DNA of 64,000 bases. Origin: the human T2T-CHM13v2.0 reference genome, Homo sapiens. A model generated the notes under the pieces. It was not told where the DNA came from and ran no database searches. It worked only from the letters and a program-made list of their open reading frames with translations. Position 1 is the first letter of the stretch. Every line of letters starts with the position of its first letter. Positions 14,001 to 27,876 of the stretch are shown one piece after another. The DNA lies in NCBI RefSeq assembly GCF_009914755.1, contig NC_060937.1. One strand, given 5' to 3'. The position numbers and the translations under genes are program-made.

Positions 14001-16714
14001 CCACATCCCTTTTCTGTTAGTATACAATGTGATGATTTAGAAAGCTGGGTAACTAGACGAGTATTCTGGTCTAGAGAAAGTGACCAGGGGTGAGGAAAGT
14101 AGGAAAGAACGTATTGTCTGCTTGCTACCCTCCCACCTCAAAAATGCATGAATATCTCAAGAAAAATTACCTCTCCCGGGATTCATGTGGCAAAACTAAC
14201 ATTTTTTAAACAGATCCAATGATTGGTAATGCAGATCTCAGTAAAAGGAAAAAAAAACACGTTTTTAAATGGCTGGCAAATGTAAACAGTATAATGTTGA
14301 ACTGCTTCTAAATAATATTTATATGATCCACTTAAGAACAATAATTGTCAAACTGAATCCACATATCAGCTGTGTTGGAATCATCACAGTGTTTGTTATA
14401 GTGAAGATCTGAGGCTGAATTAGCATCAGGGTTCATTTTTACAGGCAGAGCTTTCCTAATTAGAAGCGAAATTTACTGGGAGGCTATTGTGTAGCTCACA
14501 AAGCTGGCCTAGAGGCCAGAAAGCAAAATTTAGAGAATGGGCAGGAACTAAGGAAGGCTGGGCAGCAGAGCCAAGCCATGGTCATGAGTACGTTTGGTTT
14601 CCACTTTTAGCATCATAGCTACTAAACTTCTGTCATTGCCACCACTATATTATTGATATCATTGCTTTTGCTGTCTCTAGGAATAACTTGTCAGTCAATC
14701 TTGTGTTCTTCTAGAGTCATTCTTGAGTCATTCCAAATTTATATTTCAAGTTGGAATGTCAATTGACTAAGTACCTGTGTCTCAATTTTCCCTAAGTTTG
14801 AATAATGAAGTACTCACCCAAAATGGGAAGAACCCTTGTAAACTGGAAGGAAAAAAATAAAAGCAGAAAAAAAAACTCTGTTACACTGGTTCCACACCAA
14901 ACCTATTGAATCAGAATCATGGAAGAAATGAGAATCTTAATTTTTAAACAAATACAGTCAGTTTTGCTATAAGGTGACATATGTGCTCCTATAGATCATT
15001 GTGCTACAGAAAATCACAGAATGAAAACCACAAGACTTATGAGAAGAGTGGGGTTATGAACCCAGCAATCAAAAATGCCATTTGTTGTGCATTACAAAAA
15101 AGATAGAAAGCTAGTGAATATAGTAATATAGCTTGCATATGGCAAATTGGCTAAGAAATACATAAGTACTATCATAGAAATGGCCCTTTACCATGAAAAA
15201 GACCTAGAATTTGAGTGTGGAACTAGGCATCAGGAGTGGTGCACAGTAACACACAGTGGTATGTTACTGGTGAGTAATGCAGGGAGGGTTATCTGAAATT
15301 GAGTGGAAAGGTGTAATATCAGATACAGGTTTGGCTCGTAACACATGTGGCAAAATGAGGTAGCTAGTAGAAGTTTCAAGTGTGTGCCTGTGTACATTTT
15401 GTGTATTCCTATATGGCTTAGTTCCACTGGGTGCAGTTTTCTGAATTCATATGTGTTTCTTCATATGAAATCGCAGATAAGCAAAATAAAAATTTGCATT
15501 ATGCTCAAATGATTACCTAATATACCAGTAATATTGGAACAAATTCACACTTCAAAATCATCATTATAGAAAAAGTATACTCCTGTGTGATCATATGTAA
15601 AGGTCTTACCATCTTTAGGATCTTGGACCTTCTCTAACTATTCCAAGTGCCCTTCCTGTAGCATTCTATGTTACAGATCTCACAGACTCAAATTTTCTCC
15701 CATTTGGTGAGTGTAAGTATGCAACATTCTTTCACTTTTCTCTCCTACATTGCTGTCTGCTTCTCAAGGGTTGATTTACAAGTCTTCCTTATAGACTTTT
15801 GAATTACATCTTCTATCATCTCTTATTTGCTCCCATTGTGAGAACCACTTTCCTAGCCCCAATAACGTTAGTACCTGACTTATTTATTTTCTTTCTATCC
15901 CACCACCTAATGTCAGTATCAGTAGTTTTTGACTTTTTGCTGTCCAACTAACATTTTGATCTCTTAGACCCAAAGTCACTTAAAATCCACTGATACTCAT
16001 CTTCTGTTCACAGCAGCCACTGCCAGCCTCCTCACCCCGAGTCTTTTTCATCATGTGTTCCTGCTTCATGTTAGTAAGATTAAAATTAGTTTGCAGCATT
16101 TGTCCTGTTTCAATATATTTCTCCGATGAAATTTAAGCATAAAAACATGCTCTGTAGTGTTTAGTGATGGCATTTAATATTCAGGCCATTTCAATTGCAC
16201 CAATTGGGCAAGCTTCTAATGTGACTATCTGAACCCACACTTGACCACCTTATTGCCTTGCTTTACAAAAGTAAATAAGAGTAGAATGTTAGGATTCAAC
16301 AAATACTAGGAAAGCTGCAGACTTACATTTTCCTCAAATGAAAAACTGTATGAATGTCCTTTTAATACAAAGACTTTTCTTCTGTATTTCAGCCCTGACT
16401 GTTGTGTTTTTAACTTTTCATTTTGTTGGGGAGATTAAAGACAGAGAGTCATTATGAGTCTTCTAAGAAGCCAAGGGACTGTAGTTAGATTAAAAGCTAT
16501 TTATTCTGCACTTTGTATTTTCTTTGGTCCTTATTTTCAGATTGAACATAAGGTATCTGCAGCACAGATTGCTTTCAGAAAGATGAATTTGACTAAAATC
16601 ATACTATGCATTTATTCAGTAAACATTTATTTTTAAATGTCTCTGATAATTCAGGGTCTCTGCTAGCCCAAAGTGTATAAAAATGTATGAGGAAAAGTTT
16701 TTGTTTTCAAGGAG

Positions 16715-17595
16715 CAGTAGTGGATTCCATGGTGATCTACCCATATCCTATCTTCCAATACTGAAGAACTAATTTCTCCAGTTGCCAGGAGTGTTGGTGG
16801 CTGACAGCTCTTTGCTGAGTCTCTGTGGGACTTTCCCATAGCTGAAGAAAGCCACCTACCCAAGGTCATGCTCCCATTCCAGAGGAAGCCTGTGTTAGGT
16901 CATTCTTGCATTGCTATAAAGAAATACCTCAGACTGGGTAATTTATAAAGAAAAGAGGATTAATTGGCACACAATTTTGCAGGCTTTACAGGAAGCATGG
17001 TGCTGGCATCTGTTCAGCTTCTAGGGAGGCCTCGGGAAGCCTACAATCATGGCGGAAGGGGAAGCAGGCATGTCACATGGCAAAAGCAGGATTGAGAGAG
17101 AGAGTGGTGGGGGGGAAGATCTACAAACTTTTAAAGAACCAGATCTTGTGTGAAATCAGAGTGAGCACTCACTTATCACCAAGGGGATGGCCCAAGCCAT
17201 TGCTATCCCCATGATGCAAACACCTCCCTTCAGTCCCCACCTCCAATATTGGGGATTACATTTCAACAAGAAATTTGGAGAAATTTGGACAGAGACAAAT
17301 GTCCAAACCATATCAAAGCCCATATCTAATGACTGGTCAATGTGGAGATTTATTTCTCTTGCTCCAATTTGGGACCACTCTGAAGGGTCATCCTAACTCC
17401 AGAGCACCTCATAAGATTTGTTGAGGCTTTTGTTGCAATTGCATCAATTCACAGTTCAATGTCTCTCCCTTTCAATTCTACTTATTTCACCCATCCACGG
17501 TTGTTGATCCTGAGAACACAAAAACAGACCTTAGTAAATTTCCTGTAAGCACATTGCTACCTCAGAATCTGATTTTAGGGGAACATGCCTATAAT
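16715..17595. mobile_element. LTR16-like (ERVL) LTR split by an MST insertion
   Basis: 'ccaggagtgttggtggctgacagctc' and 'ggttgttgatcctgagaacac...ctcagaatctgattttagggga' lie on either side of the MST element. Confidence 0.6.
16891..17315 (-). mobile_element. MST (MSTB-like) MaLR solo LTR
   Basis: 'tgtgttaggtcattcttgcattgctataaagaaatacc...ccaaaccatatca'. 5-bp TSD aagcc at 16886-16890 and 17316-17320. Confidence 0.9.
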
Positions 17596-17599
17596 GAGA

Positions 17600-18420
17600 A
17601 TTCACAGTTTGTTTAGAAGAACCACCAAGAGTATTAGTAATTGCAATACTATTTTGAAAATTACTCTAGTAGAGGTAAGCACATGTCACTAGGAAAGAGG
17701 CACTTAGCCTAGACTGAGGTGGAAGTGGAACCAGGAAAAAATGCTCTGAATTATGATTTAAATATCAATAGCAGTTACACAGAGCTGTGGGCAGGAAGGA
17801 GGAAAAAGAAGAGCCTTATGGACAGAGAAAACAGCATGTGAAATGGGAAAGACCTATTAAGTGGTTGTGGCACATTCAGGAAACTTCCGATAGGTTAGTA
17901 TGACTTGTATCTATGAGCAAAGAGTAAGTCGAAAGACCTGATGATAAAGTGGTAGGCAAGACCCAGTTCATGAGGCCCTTGTATCTCAGTATCTCATGCT
18001 GAGGAAATTCACTTTTATTTAGAACTGCTGAACTATTGAAATTTTTAGTAGAAGAGTTAGAAAACTTATATTGGCAGCAATGTGGGCATGGGTTGGGATA
18101 AAGTTAGAGAAGAGACCTGGAGGATCCTTAAGAAGATGTTATGGAAATTAAGGTAGAGAAAAGTAGACAATATCATGGCATAAGAGAGAGGCAAAAAGAG
18201 GATCTCGGTGCTAACTGGATATGAGGAATAAGAATGAGGATATTACATGATAATAATATATCATTCTAGTATGAACTGGTAGAAAACACAAAAGGAGGAG
18301 TTTGAAAGAGAAATGTGCTAATTTCACTTTTGACCTCATTGAGTTTGAGGTATGTACAGGTCGTACAGGGTGATATGTTCAAAATTAAAAATGGGAAAAA
18401 GGAGAAGGAGACAGGAGAAT
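17600..18420 (-). mobile_element. L2 fragment
   Basis: Purine-rich L2 antisense pattern ('ggaaattcacttttatttagaa', 'ctaactggatatgagg', 'ttttgacctcattgagtttgagg'). Confidence 0.6.
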
Positions 18421-20907
18421 AAAGATTTTACTTTGGCTTTTTAGAAGAATGGACAGAGGAAGGAGAGATGAAAGGAGAAACTGGAAATTTGGGGAAATCT
18501 GTGTTTAAATACAGACTGAAGGGAGAAGACCACATAGCAAACTTCTAGAATTGATACTGTCTGTATGGTTACATCTAAAGCATAACAAGGTAAATACATT
18601 TTTAAGTTTTCAAGTGTTTTATGCTTTTTTATCTATTTAATTACTTTTCACAATAGTCTTTCTTGAAACAATTGCGTTCATATTATAAATAAGAAAACTA
18701 ACTTCAAGGTATGCTATACTACTCTTACTATATAATAAACAGATGGTTAAGCCAGGCCATTTATTTGGACAATAATGGGAAAGTTAAAATTTAGGGAGAA
18801 TTCAAATTTGTTTACAAATTAATTTCTCCTGTTTGCAGTAGAATAAGACATTTGCCCGTATAACACTATAAACATCTCAAACTTTCATCTCTTTACTTTT
18901 GTTTCTTTCCTAATATTTTTTTCTGCTCTCTCCTTCTGATTTAAAGTTAAAAACTATCTACAAAACTATATGTAATAAAAATGTAAATATTGGTGCTACA
19001 CATGACCTTAGTTATTTAAGTCAAAACATTTTAACAAATGCATCAATAAGACAGTTTACATAATCTCATATGAGATTATGTATTACTTCATTTTATGGCA
19101 TATGACATCATTTGTTCTCAAGGTTGTCTTTGTTTTTCATCCATTATTATTCTTAATATGGATGAATATGACACACCTTATATTACAAACAACCTGCAGT
19201 TCTTAAATGCTTTTCTTTTTGCTTTTTTTCTTTATTTAGGGAAAATTGTTTTCCATTGGCTTTCAGAACTTAACAGATATTTAATTAAATGTCGATTGTA
19301 TGGTACATTAGTGACCATCAAACATTATGTCTTTCAGCAGGCAATTATAAAGGGCACAATATTCTAAATGAATTTTTAAATACTTTCTTTCAATCATTAA
19401 ACACAATTACCACAGCCATATTTTGTAAATGTAAAACACTAGAGTTCTCACAAGTATGTTCGTCACAGTCATTTTTATTGATGATCTATCTGAGCTTCAT
19501 TTCCTAGCTGAGAAAACTTGTCGGTCAATTTATTCCAACATAACATCGTTTGGTTGGGTGGTTATTAATCCTCTAATTGTTCATGGCATGCCAGAAATAA
19601 TTCAGTTAATTATCACAATATGTCTTACTTTGCTGTGATTTTCTGTGTCAAAATACCCTTTGCATATATTGGAGAAAAAATCAGATGCTTATTTTAATTC
19701 TAGACATAAAACTTGATTGCTAACTAAAAACATGAAAGAAAGACATTTTTTGCTTTTCCTATATAGAATATCTTCTGGCCAAATGAAAGTTGATGAGTTA
19801 TAATATCATAATTTTAATTGATCCGTCACCTCTACTGTTTGAATGAATCTGACTCAACTTAACTGATTAGTTTCAATTAAGTGCCATAGTATAACAATTC
19901 ACCCTAGATCATATTAAAAAGAGGATTTCATTTTTTCCAATCCAATGTATGGAAATAGAGCTAATGTCTACAGTTCCATTACAATCGTGAAATTAAATGT
20001 TGTGCACTTAGGTAAAAAGTTGTGATGATGTATATAATGACTTTCATGCACAGAATTAAATTTGGTTAAAGGTATTTGGGGTTGGATATGCCTGAATGGA
20101 TTCCAGAATGTAAGACCCTATCAATAAAACATAATAATGTATGGATTATTACATTCTAACACTCACAATAGGTTATTTTAGTTCACTATGGAAATGGAAA
20201 ATGCAATATTCATTATGCAGCATTGCACTTACATTAAAGCAAGTTCAGCAGAGGCCTTCCATAAGAGAACGGACTATAACCACTGATTTATAGTTAGCTT
20301 CCTTAGCTAGCCTCTGACTTACAATAATAAAATGACCACATGCTTGTTGACCAAATTAACACCCTTCTCTGTGGTCAAAGGAACTGCACTATTAATTGGC
20401 TGTGGTGAAAAGAACCTAAAGAAATTTCGAAGCAAAGAGATTTCCTCCCTGTTGATGGTGGTGGGGAAGTGTAGAAGCAAACAAATAAACAAAAGATGCA
20501 TTCTGTTTTATAAGATAAAAATGCAGGCATTAAGTTAGAAACTATGAGGTTATATGAAGATCACTTAGTTTGGAGTAAGTTAGACTCTAGACAAATAGCT
20601 TTGTGAGTTTAGGCAAGCCTCTAAATTTTAAATTATCTGCAATAATGGCATACTTGTTTTTCAGGTTAGACATAAATATGAGATGAAGTGATGTATGAGA
20701 ACATCTTTTGTAAAAACCTTTTAAGCATTGTAGATATGTAAAAGACGATGTTAAGATTATACATTCATACCTTTACTATTTAGAATTACACAACAGTGTT
20801 AATATATATTTTTAATTAACTGATCTATTCATTAGTTCTATTACTTATTGATTTTTCTGAAGTACTACATAGATTACTATATTTTATTAGATTTTTGGTA
20901 CATGTGA

Positions 20908-21625
20908 TTGTAGGATATTAAGAATGTATCTGGTCTTTGTTTCCAGTTCCTACGGCAGAGTTTTGAAAACCTCTGGAATTTCCTGAATGAAAGGAATATC
21001 TTTGCTATGCAAATGAGGTGACTCTTGGTGGGCCCCTAGACAGCTTCAAGATGAGGACTGGTAACCTCAAAGACAGACCAAATGATTAGAACTTTGGGAT
21101 ATGTCAACCTCCAGGGATGAGAGGGGTTCTGGAGATTGAATTCAATAATGTGACCAGCCATTTAATCAATCATGCCCACTCAGCGAAATCTCAGTAAGAA
21201 CTATGGACACAGAGTCTCAGTAGAGTATACTTATTGGTTAATTCACTTTTGTGCAGAGAGGGTGATGTACCCTGACACCACTGGAAGAGAATCTGAAATC
21301 TCTGTGTCTGGGACTTTGGGTCCTCACTCCCTGTGCCTCTTCCTCATTTTGCGATTCCTGAATTGTGTCCTTTATAATACAGCTATAATCATAATTATGG
21401 CACTTTCTTGAGATCTGTGAATCATTCTAGTGAATTGTTGAACTAAGAAGAAAGCCTTGAACTTATAGCTGGTGATGCTAAAGTATGGGTGGCCACTGAG
21501 ACTTGTAGCTGGCATCTAAAGTGAGGCCAGTTTTGAAGGATTGAGCCGTTAAACCTGTGAGTCTAACACTAAGTCAGGGTAGTTTATGCCAGGATTGTGT
21601 TACAGTACACCCACTTGAAATGGAA
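20908..21625. mobile_element. MER21-type LTR
   Basis: 'tatctggtctttgtttccagttcct..cagag..ttgaaaacctctggaatttcctgaatga...gggcccctagacagcttcaagatg'. Confidence 0.75.
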
Positions 21626-22855
21626 ATAGAACATTTATGATAGAAAATAAATATCACATTTCCCCTAGACAGAACCATATGATTGCAAACTAAAAAATAA
21701 AATCCCATAAGACTTATTATAAAAACTGTCCAAAATACCATATTAAATATTTGAGCAAGTATAAACTCTACACAGTATAAACTTTATTGATATAATCAGT
21801 CGAACTAGACTATTTAATTGGCTATTGTTAAATTAGCAAACATACTTATACTTTTTTAATTCATTGACTTTCAGTAAATAGATGCACCAAAATTTTAAGG
21901 GACAATGTGGTAGAATGTTTAATAGGATAGGAATGCTATAAAAATAATTATAAAATACCATAGTCTTTTAAATGCAGACTAAAATTTAAATAAAGTAAGT
22001 AATGAAAATTTCCAAGGAATAAAAACAAGATGAAACTAAAACTCTGCAGCTGTTCTGTTAGAGAAAGAGGAAAGAATCGTGGTAGGGTGTTGGTTTAGGC
22101 AACATGTGTGCTGAGATTTTAATGCTCACATACAGCCAGGGGAAAAGATGTGAAGCCCACATATCTAGGAGTTGAAAGCGAGATCCTGCTTAAAGCTAGA
22201 TTCTTTGAGAGCCTGCATGCTCAATTAAAATGTGTACCAGGAAGAGAAAAAAATGCTTTTTTTTTTTTTAACTGGGAAGTCTGATACATTTTATAGTCTG
22301 ATCTTTTCTTTCATTGAATGTATTAAAAATGTATTAATGGGCTTGTAAAAATATAAAGTATACTGAGGCCAAAAACTAAGTAAAGTCAGATTTCCTAAAC
22401 AGAGCAGTGCAGTTGGCTTTAGCCTTAAGAATATTTGTGCCACATGGTAGAAATATGGCATAAAATACCCTAAAAAATATCCTACCAGTGTACAGGTACA
22501 GGTGATATAAACCTGGTCTCTATGAGATTCCACTTTAGAAATGTTGCCTGTCTTGAACTTTGGTGCTGAGTAGAGATGAGAGACTGTACCCTGAAAATTC
22601 AGATATAAATACTGGACCTCAAGTGGATTTGCAACTTGATTCACACTATGTGGCAGGCCAGATAAACTCCTGCCAGCTACCTTGTAGATCAAAAAATGTT
22701 CTCTGGTAGAAATTACATATTTCATACCAGGACACAGATAATTTGCTATATAAAATTTTAAGAACCGTGTGATCTCACTGTGAAAATTTCAGAATATACA
22801 AATGAACAAATCATTATGGTATAAAAAGTACATTTTTTTCTTAGAAGGTCAGAAT

Positions 22856-23670
22856 GTGATATTGTTGACTATTTGTCCTCTCCAAATATCATGTTGAAAT
22901 ATGATCCCCAGTGTTCAAAGTGGGGCCCAGTGGAGGTGTTTCAGTCAAAGGGGTGGAACCCTCATAAATGGCTTGGTGTCCTTCCCTTGGTAATGAGTGA
23001 AGTCTTGTTCTATTAGTTCACAGGAGGGCTGGTGGTTTAAAAGAACCTGGCACCTCCTCCTCTCTTTCCCTTGCTCCCTCTCTTGCCATGTGACAACAGG
23101 TTCCCATTACCTTCTGCCATGATTGTAAGCTTCCTGAAGCCCTCACCAGAAGCAGATGCTGGCACTGTGCTTTTTGTACAGTTTGCAGAAATGTGAGACT
23201 AATAAACCTCTTTCCTTCATAAATTACCCAGCCTCAGGTATTCCTTTATAGCTATAATAGTTCATTCTTGAACTGCTATAAAGAAATACCTGAGAGTCAG
23301 TAATTTATAAAGAAAAGAGTTTTAACTGACTCGCAGTTCCTCAGGCTGCACAGGAAACATGAAGGCATCTGCTTGGCTTCTGAGGAGGCCTCAGGAAACT
23401 TTCAGTCATGGCGGAAGGCTAACAGGAAGCCAGGGATCTTACATGGTGGAGAATGAGCAAGAGAGAGAGGGAAAAGGTGCTACACACTTTTAAACAACGA
23501 AATCTCATGAGAACTCACTATTGCCATGACAACACCAAGGGGGATGGTGTTAAACCATAAGAAACCACCTCCATGATTCAGTCACCTCCAACACTGGGGA
23601 TTACAATTTGACATGAGATTTGGTTGGGGACACAGATCCAAACCATATCAATAGTAAAACAAAACAGACT
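22856..23670 (+). mobile_element. MSTB-like MaLR solo LTR (its 3' end is split by a second MST LTR)
   Basis: 'tgtgatattgttgactatttgtcctctccaaatatcatgttgaaat...ataaattacccagcctcaggtattcctttatagc' resumes as 'aaaacaaaacagactac' after 23655. Confidence 0.85.
23253..23650 (-). mobile_element. MSTA-like MaLR solo LTR nested in opposite orientation
   Basis: 'tataatagttcattcttgaactgctataaagaaatacc...atccaaaccatatca'. TSD atagc/atagt at 23248-23252 and 23651-23655. Confidence 0.88.
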
Positions 23671-25474
23671 ACTAATGGAATATAAAAATAAATTCCTCCA
23701 AAAAGGGAAAGAAAATTGGACCATCGGCTCAGTGTGATGCCAAGAGGTTTGCCAGCTCTGTGTTAGGTCTGAGTAAATACATTATTGAAAGTTTCCCACA
23801 GAATTAGTAAACATGGAAATATATTTTACATCATATGGGGGCTTGTGTTTACACTGTTTGCATGATCCAGGAATCTCAAATGTAGGAATTATCATAAAAT
23901 TGGCCTTCCCCTAGTGGCGCCCCTGTGGGAACTAGATAAAGACAAAGAGCAATTGTTCCATGTGCACAATACCTGAATTCAGGTTGTACAGTAGTCTCAC
24001 CCGGAGATGGTGAGATTACAATCTCAAATTAAAAGTACGTAAGAAATAAATATATTCCAGATAAGAGTCATCAGAAACCACAAACAGCCATAATAAACCA
24101 GGAAAAAGTTTTTTGATGGATAATTTGAGACTTTTTTTAAAAAGTGGGCTAAAAATCATTGTGACAGGGGAGTGGTGCTATAAAGCAGCAGATAGAAAGC
24201 TCCGACCTTATTTCCTCACACAGACAGCAAATTAACAATGTACACTTCAAAAAGCCTTTGTGAGAACTCTAGGAACCAGGTAGGGAGTCACAGTACCCCA
24301 AGCAAGCTCAAAGCCAAGAACAGCCATGTTAAAGGTTAAAAAAAACACAACTATGTTATTTTAATTATATCAGCCCCTCCTCCATGCTGACACAGTTTGC
24401 TGCAATTAGGAGGAAAAGCCTAATTCATATCTTCTCTCTGGGAGGAGAAAAGAAGAGGAAAACATATGCCTAATGTTCTAGCGTTTTGATGGGCTGCCTC
24501 AGGGATTGGTTTCTGGTTTGCCTGACTTAGAGTGCCCATAGATAACTCACGCACTTTGGATGCCTGGGGGCTGCTGAGGACCAAAGAAAGCTAAGCAACT
24601 AATTGCAGTGCTAGAGAAACTGTAATACCACAGACAGAAGCTGTTAATACTCACTCACCAAGATTAGGAGTGAGTGCCCAGCTTGTGGCTAATCCTTTGG
24701 GAGGAAAAGAGAAGAGTGGAATATGCATCCACTCCTTTTACTTTTTGAAGGGCTTCCTGAGTCTCCCTCATTTGACTCAGAGTACTGATTGAACCAGCAT
24801 TTTTTCTATGCATGGGAACTGCAGAGAACAATATAGAGCTCAGTGCTCTGTGGCAGCTCCAGAAAGCCTGCAGTAACACAGGCAGACACCAGAGGAAGGA
24901 AGAAATTACAAACCTCTGAAAGGGAAATTAACAAATGTCTCAAATTTGGACATTACAGGCACAAGATCAGAGAAATATCCCCATAAAAGGTTTGAGAGGA
25001 CCACAGAATGCCTAGCCAGGGTGATTGATTGGGGAAGGCCTTCCATTGTGAGAAGCTACTCTGTAAAGACTGAAAGAGGTGGCTGTTTTTTCTATTGGAC
25101 AAATCACAACAACGACAAATGTAACAAGGCACACAAGAAAGAAGGAAGCATGTCTCATCACTCTCAGCAGAGAGACCTCAAGGCCAAACTAGAAAGAAAT
25201 CATAACAATAAAAAGCACAATACCACTCTCACCAATTTTATTCAATGTATTACTGGAAGTCTTATTTAGAGCAATAAGGCAAAAAAAAAAAGGAAGAAAT
25301 TTTTAAAAGGCATCCACATTGGAAAGGAAGTGAAATTAAATCTCTTTACAGAAGACACAATCTTATATGTAGAAAACCCGAAAGATTCCACAATAAACTT
25401 ACTAGAACTAATAAAGAAATCCAGCAAAGATGCAAAATAGAAAATCAACATATAAAGTCAGCTGTGTTTCTATA

Positions 25475-27876
25475 CAGGCATACTTTGTTTTATTGCACTT
25501 CATTTTATCGTGTTTTGTAGATATCGTGTTTTTTATAAACTGAAGATTTCTGGCAACCCTGTATCAAGAAATGTTATTAGTCCATTTTTTTCCAATGACA
25601 TGTGCTCACTTGAAGTTTCTATGTCACGTTTGGTAATTATCACAATATTTCAAAAGTTTTCATTGTTATTATACCTATTAGGGTGATCTGTGATCAATGA
25701 TATGTAATGTTACTATTGTAATTGTTTTGGGGCATCATGCTCTGCACTCATTTTAAGATGACAAATGTAATTGATAAATGTTGTGTGTGTGTTCTGCTTC
25801 AAAAACCAGCTATTTCCCTCTCCATGGGCCTCCTTATTCCCTGAAAGATAACACAACTGAAAATAGACCAATTAATAATCCTACAATAGCCTGTAAGTTT
25901 TCAGGTGAAAGAAAGAGACACTATCTCAATTCAGATCAAAAGCTAGACATGATTAAGCTTAATGAAGATGGCATGTTAAAACCCAGAATAGGCTGAAAGC
26001 TAGGCCTCTTGCAACAAACAGTTAGCAAAGTTGTGAATGCAAAGGAAAAGTTCTTGAAAGAAATTAAAAGTGTTACTCCAGTGAAAACATGGATAATAAG
26101 AAAGTGAAACAGCCTTATTGCTGCTATAAGAAAGTTTTAGTGGTCTGGATAGAAGATCAAACCATTGACAACATTCCCCCAAGCCAAAGCCTCATCCAGA
26201 ACAAGGCCGTGACTCTCTTTAATTTTATGAATGTTGAGAGAGATGAGGAAGCTTGAAGCTTGAAAGCCAGCCGAAGTTGATATATAAGGTTGAAGGAAAG
26301 AAGCCATCTCCAGAACACAAAAGTGCAAGGTGAAACTGCAAGTGCTAATGGAGAAGATGCAGCAAGTTATCCAAAAGATCTAATTAAGATAGTTGATGAA
26401 AGTGGTGACAGTAAGCAACAGATTTTCAATGTAGGCAAAGCAAACTTATATTGGAAGAAGATGCCATCTAGGACTTTCATTGCTATGGAAGAGAAGTCAA
26501 TACCTGGTTTCAAACTTTCTAGAGATAGGCTGACTCTCTTGTTAGGGGCTAATGCAGCTGGTGAATTTAAGAAGCCAATGCTCATTGACCATTCTGAAAA
26601 TCCTAGGACCCTTAAAATTTATGTATGTTAAATTTACACTGTGGGTGCTCTATAAATGGAACAACAAAGCCTGGATGACAGTATATCTCTTTATTGCATG
26701 TTTTACTAAATATTTTAAGGTTGCTGTTGAGACCTACTGGTCAGGAAAAAATATTCCTTTCAAAATATTATTGCCTATTGAAAATTCATCTAGTCACACA
26801 AAAGCTCTGATGGAAACATATAAGATTAATATTGATTTCATGCCTGTTAACACAACATGCATTCTGCAGCCCATAAACCAAGAAGCAATTTCAATGTTTA
26901 AGTCTTATTATTTAAGAAATACATTTCATAAGGATATAGCTGCCATAGATAGTGATTCCTCCAATGGCTCTGGGCAAAGTAAATTGAAAAATCTTCTGTG
27001 AAGGATTCACCATTCCAGATACCATTAAGAATGTTCATGATTTATGGGAGGAGGCCAAAATATCACCATTAACAGGAGTTTAGAAAATGTTGTCTTCAAC
27101 CATCATGAATGATTTTGAGGGGTTCAATACCTCTGTGGAGGAAGTCACTGTAGGTATGATGGAAATAGCAAGAGAACTATAATTTGAAGTGGAGCCTGAA
27201 GATGTGACTGAATTTCTGCAATCTCATGACAAAATATGAATGGATGAGGAGTTGCTTCTTATGGATGAGCAAAGGAAGTGGTTTCTTGAGACAGAATCTG
27301 CTCATGGTGTAGAAATTGGGAATAGTGTTGGTGTGACAGCAAAGGATTTAGAATATAACATAAGCTTAGTTAATAAAACAGAGGCACAGTTTAAGAGGAT
27401 TGGCTCCAATTTTGAAAGAAGTTCTTCTGTGGGTAAAATGCTATCAAGCAGCATAGTATGCTATAGGGAAATCTTTTGTGGAGGAACAGTCAGTTGATGT
27501 GGAGTCAATTAAGGGTCAATTAAGTTTTATTCACCTTATTCGGTAAATGCCATGGAGACCCCAACCTTTAGCAATCACCACACTGGTAAGTCAGCAGCCA
27601 TCAACATCAAGGCAAGACTCTCCACCAGCAAAATGATTATGATTGCTGAAGGCTCAGATGATCATTAGCAGTTTTTAGTAATAAATTATTTTTAATTAGG
27701 GCAGGGACATGTTTGAGACATAATGCTATCACATACTTAATAGGTTACAGTATAGTATAAACGTAACTTTTATATGCATTGGGAAACCAAACAATTTGTG
27801 TGACTTGCTTTATTGTGACATTTGCTTTACTGGTGTGGTCTAGAACCAAATCTGCAATATCTCTAGGGTATGACTG
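25475..27876 (+). mobile_element. Tigger1 DNA transposon, near full length (~2.4 kb)
   Basis: Begins TA|caggcatactttgttttattgcacttc and ends 'gcaatatctctagggtatgactg'. Terminal inverted repeats CAGGCATAC / GTATGACTG enclose a decayed transposase. Confidence 0.95.
25900..27497 (+). pseudogene. Frameshifted pogo/Tigger1 transposase (CENP-B-like HTH + DDE) remnant
   Basis: ORF pieces 25778..25996 (QKLDMIKL), 26290..26631 ([31 protein letters not shown]), 26552..27001 ([26 protein letters not shown]) and 27240..27497 are broken by stops and frameshifts. Confidence 0.9.

Noticed and set aside
12200-14740. Several AP-1 (TGA[C/G]TCA) sites
   Set aside because: These are 7-mers in AT-rich DNA with no other support, and I cannot show enrichment without computation.
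25778-27497. Transposase ORFs as a domesticated TIGD-like gene
   Set aside because: Multiple stops and frameshifts, with the first DDE aspartate motif altered (FNVGK). It is a dead Tigger1.
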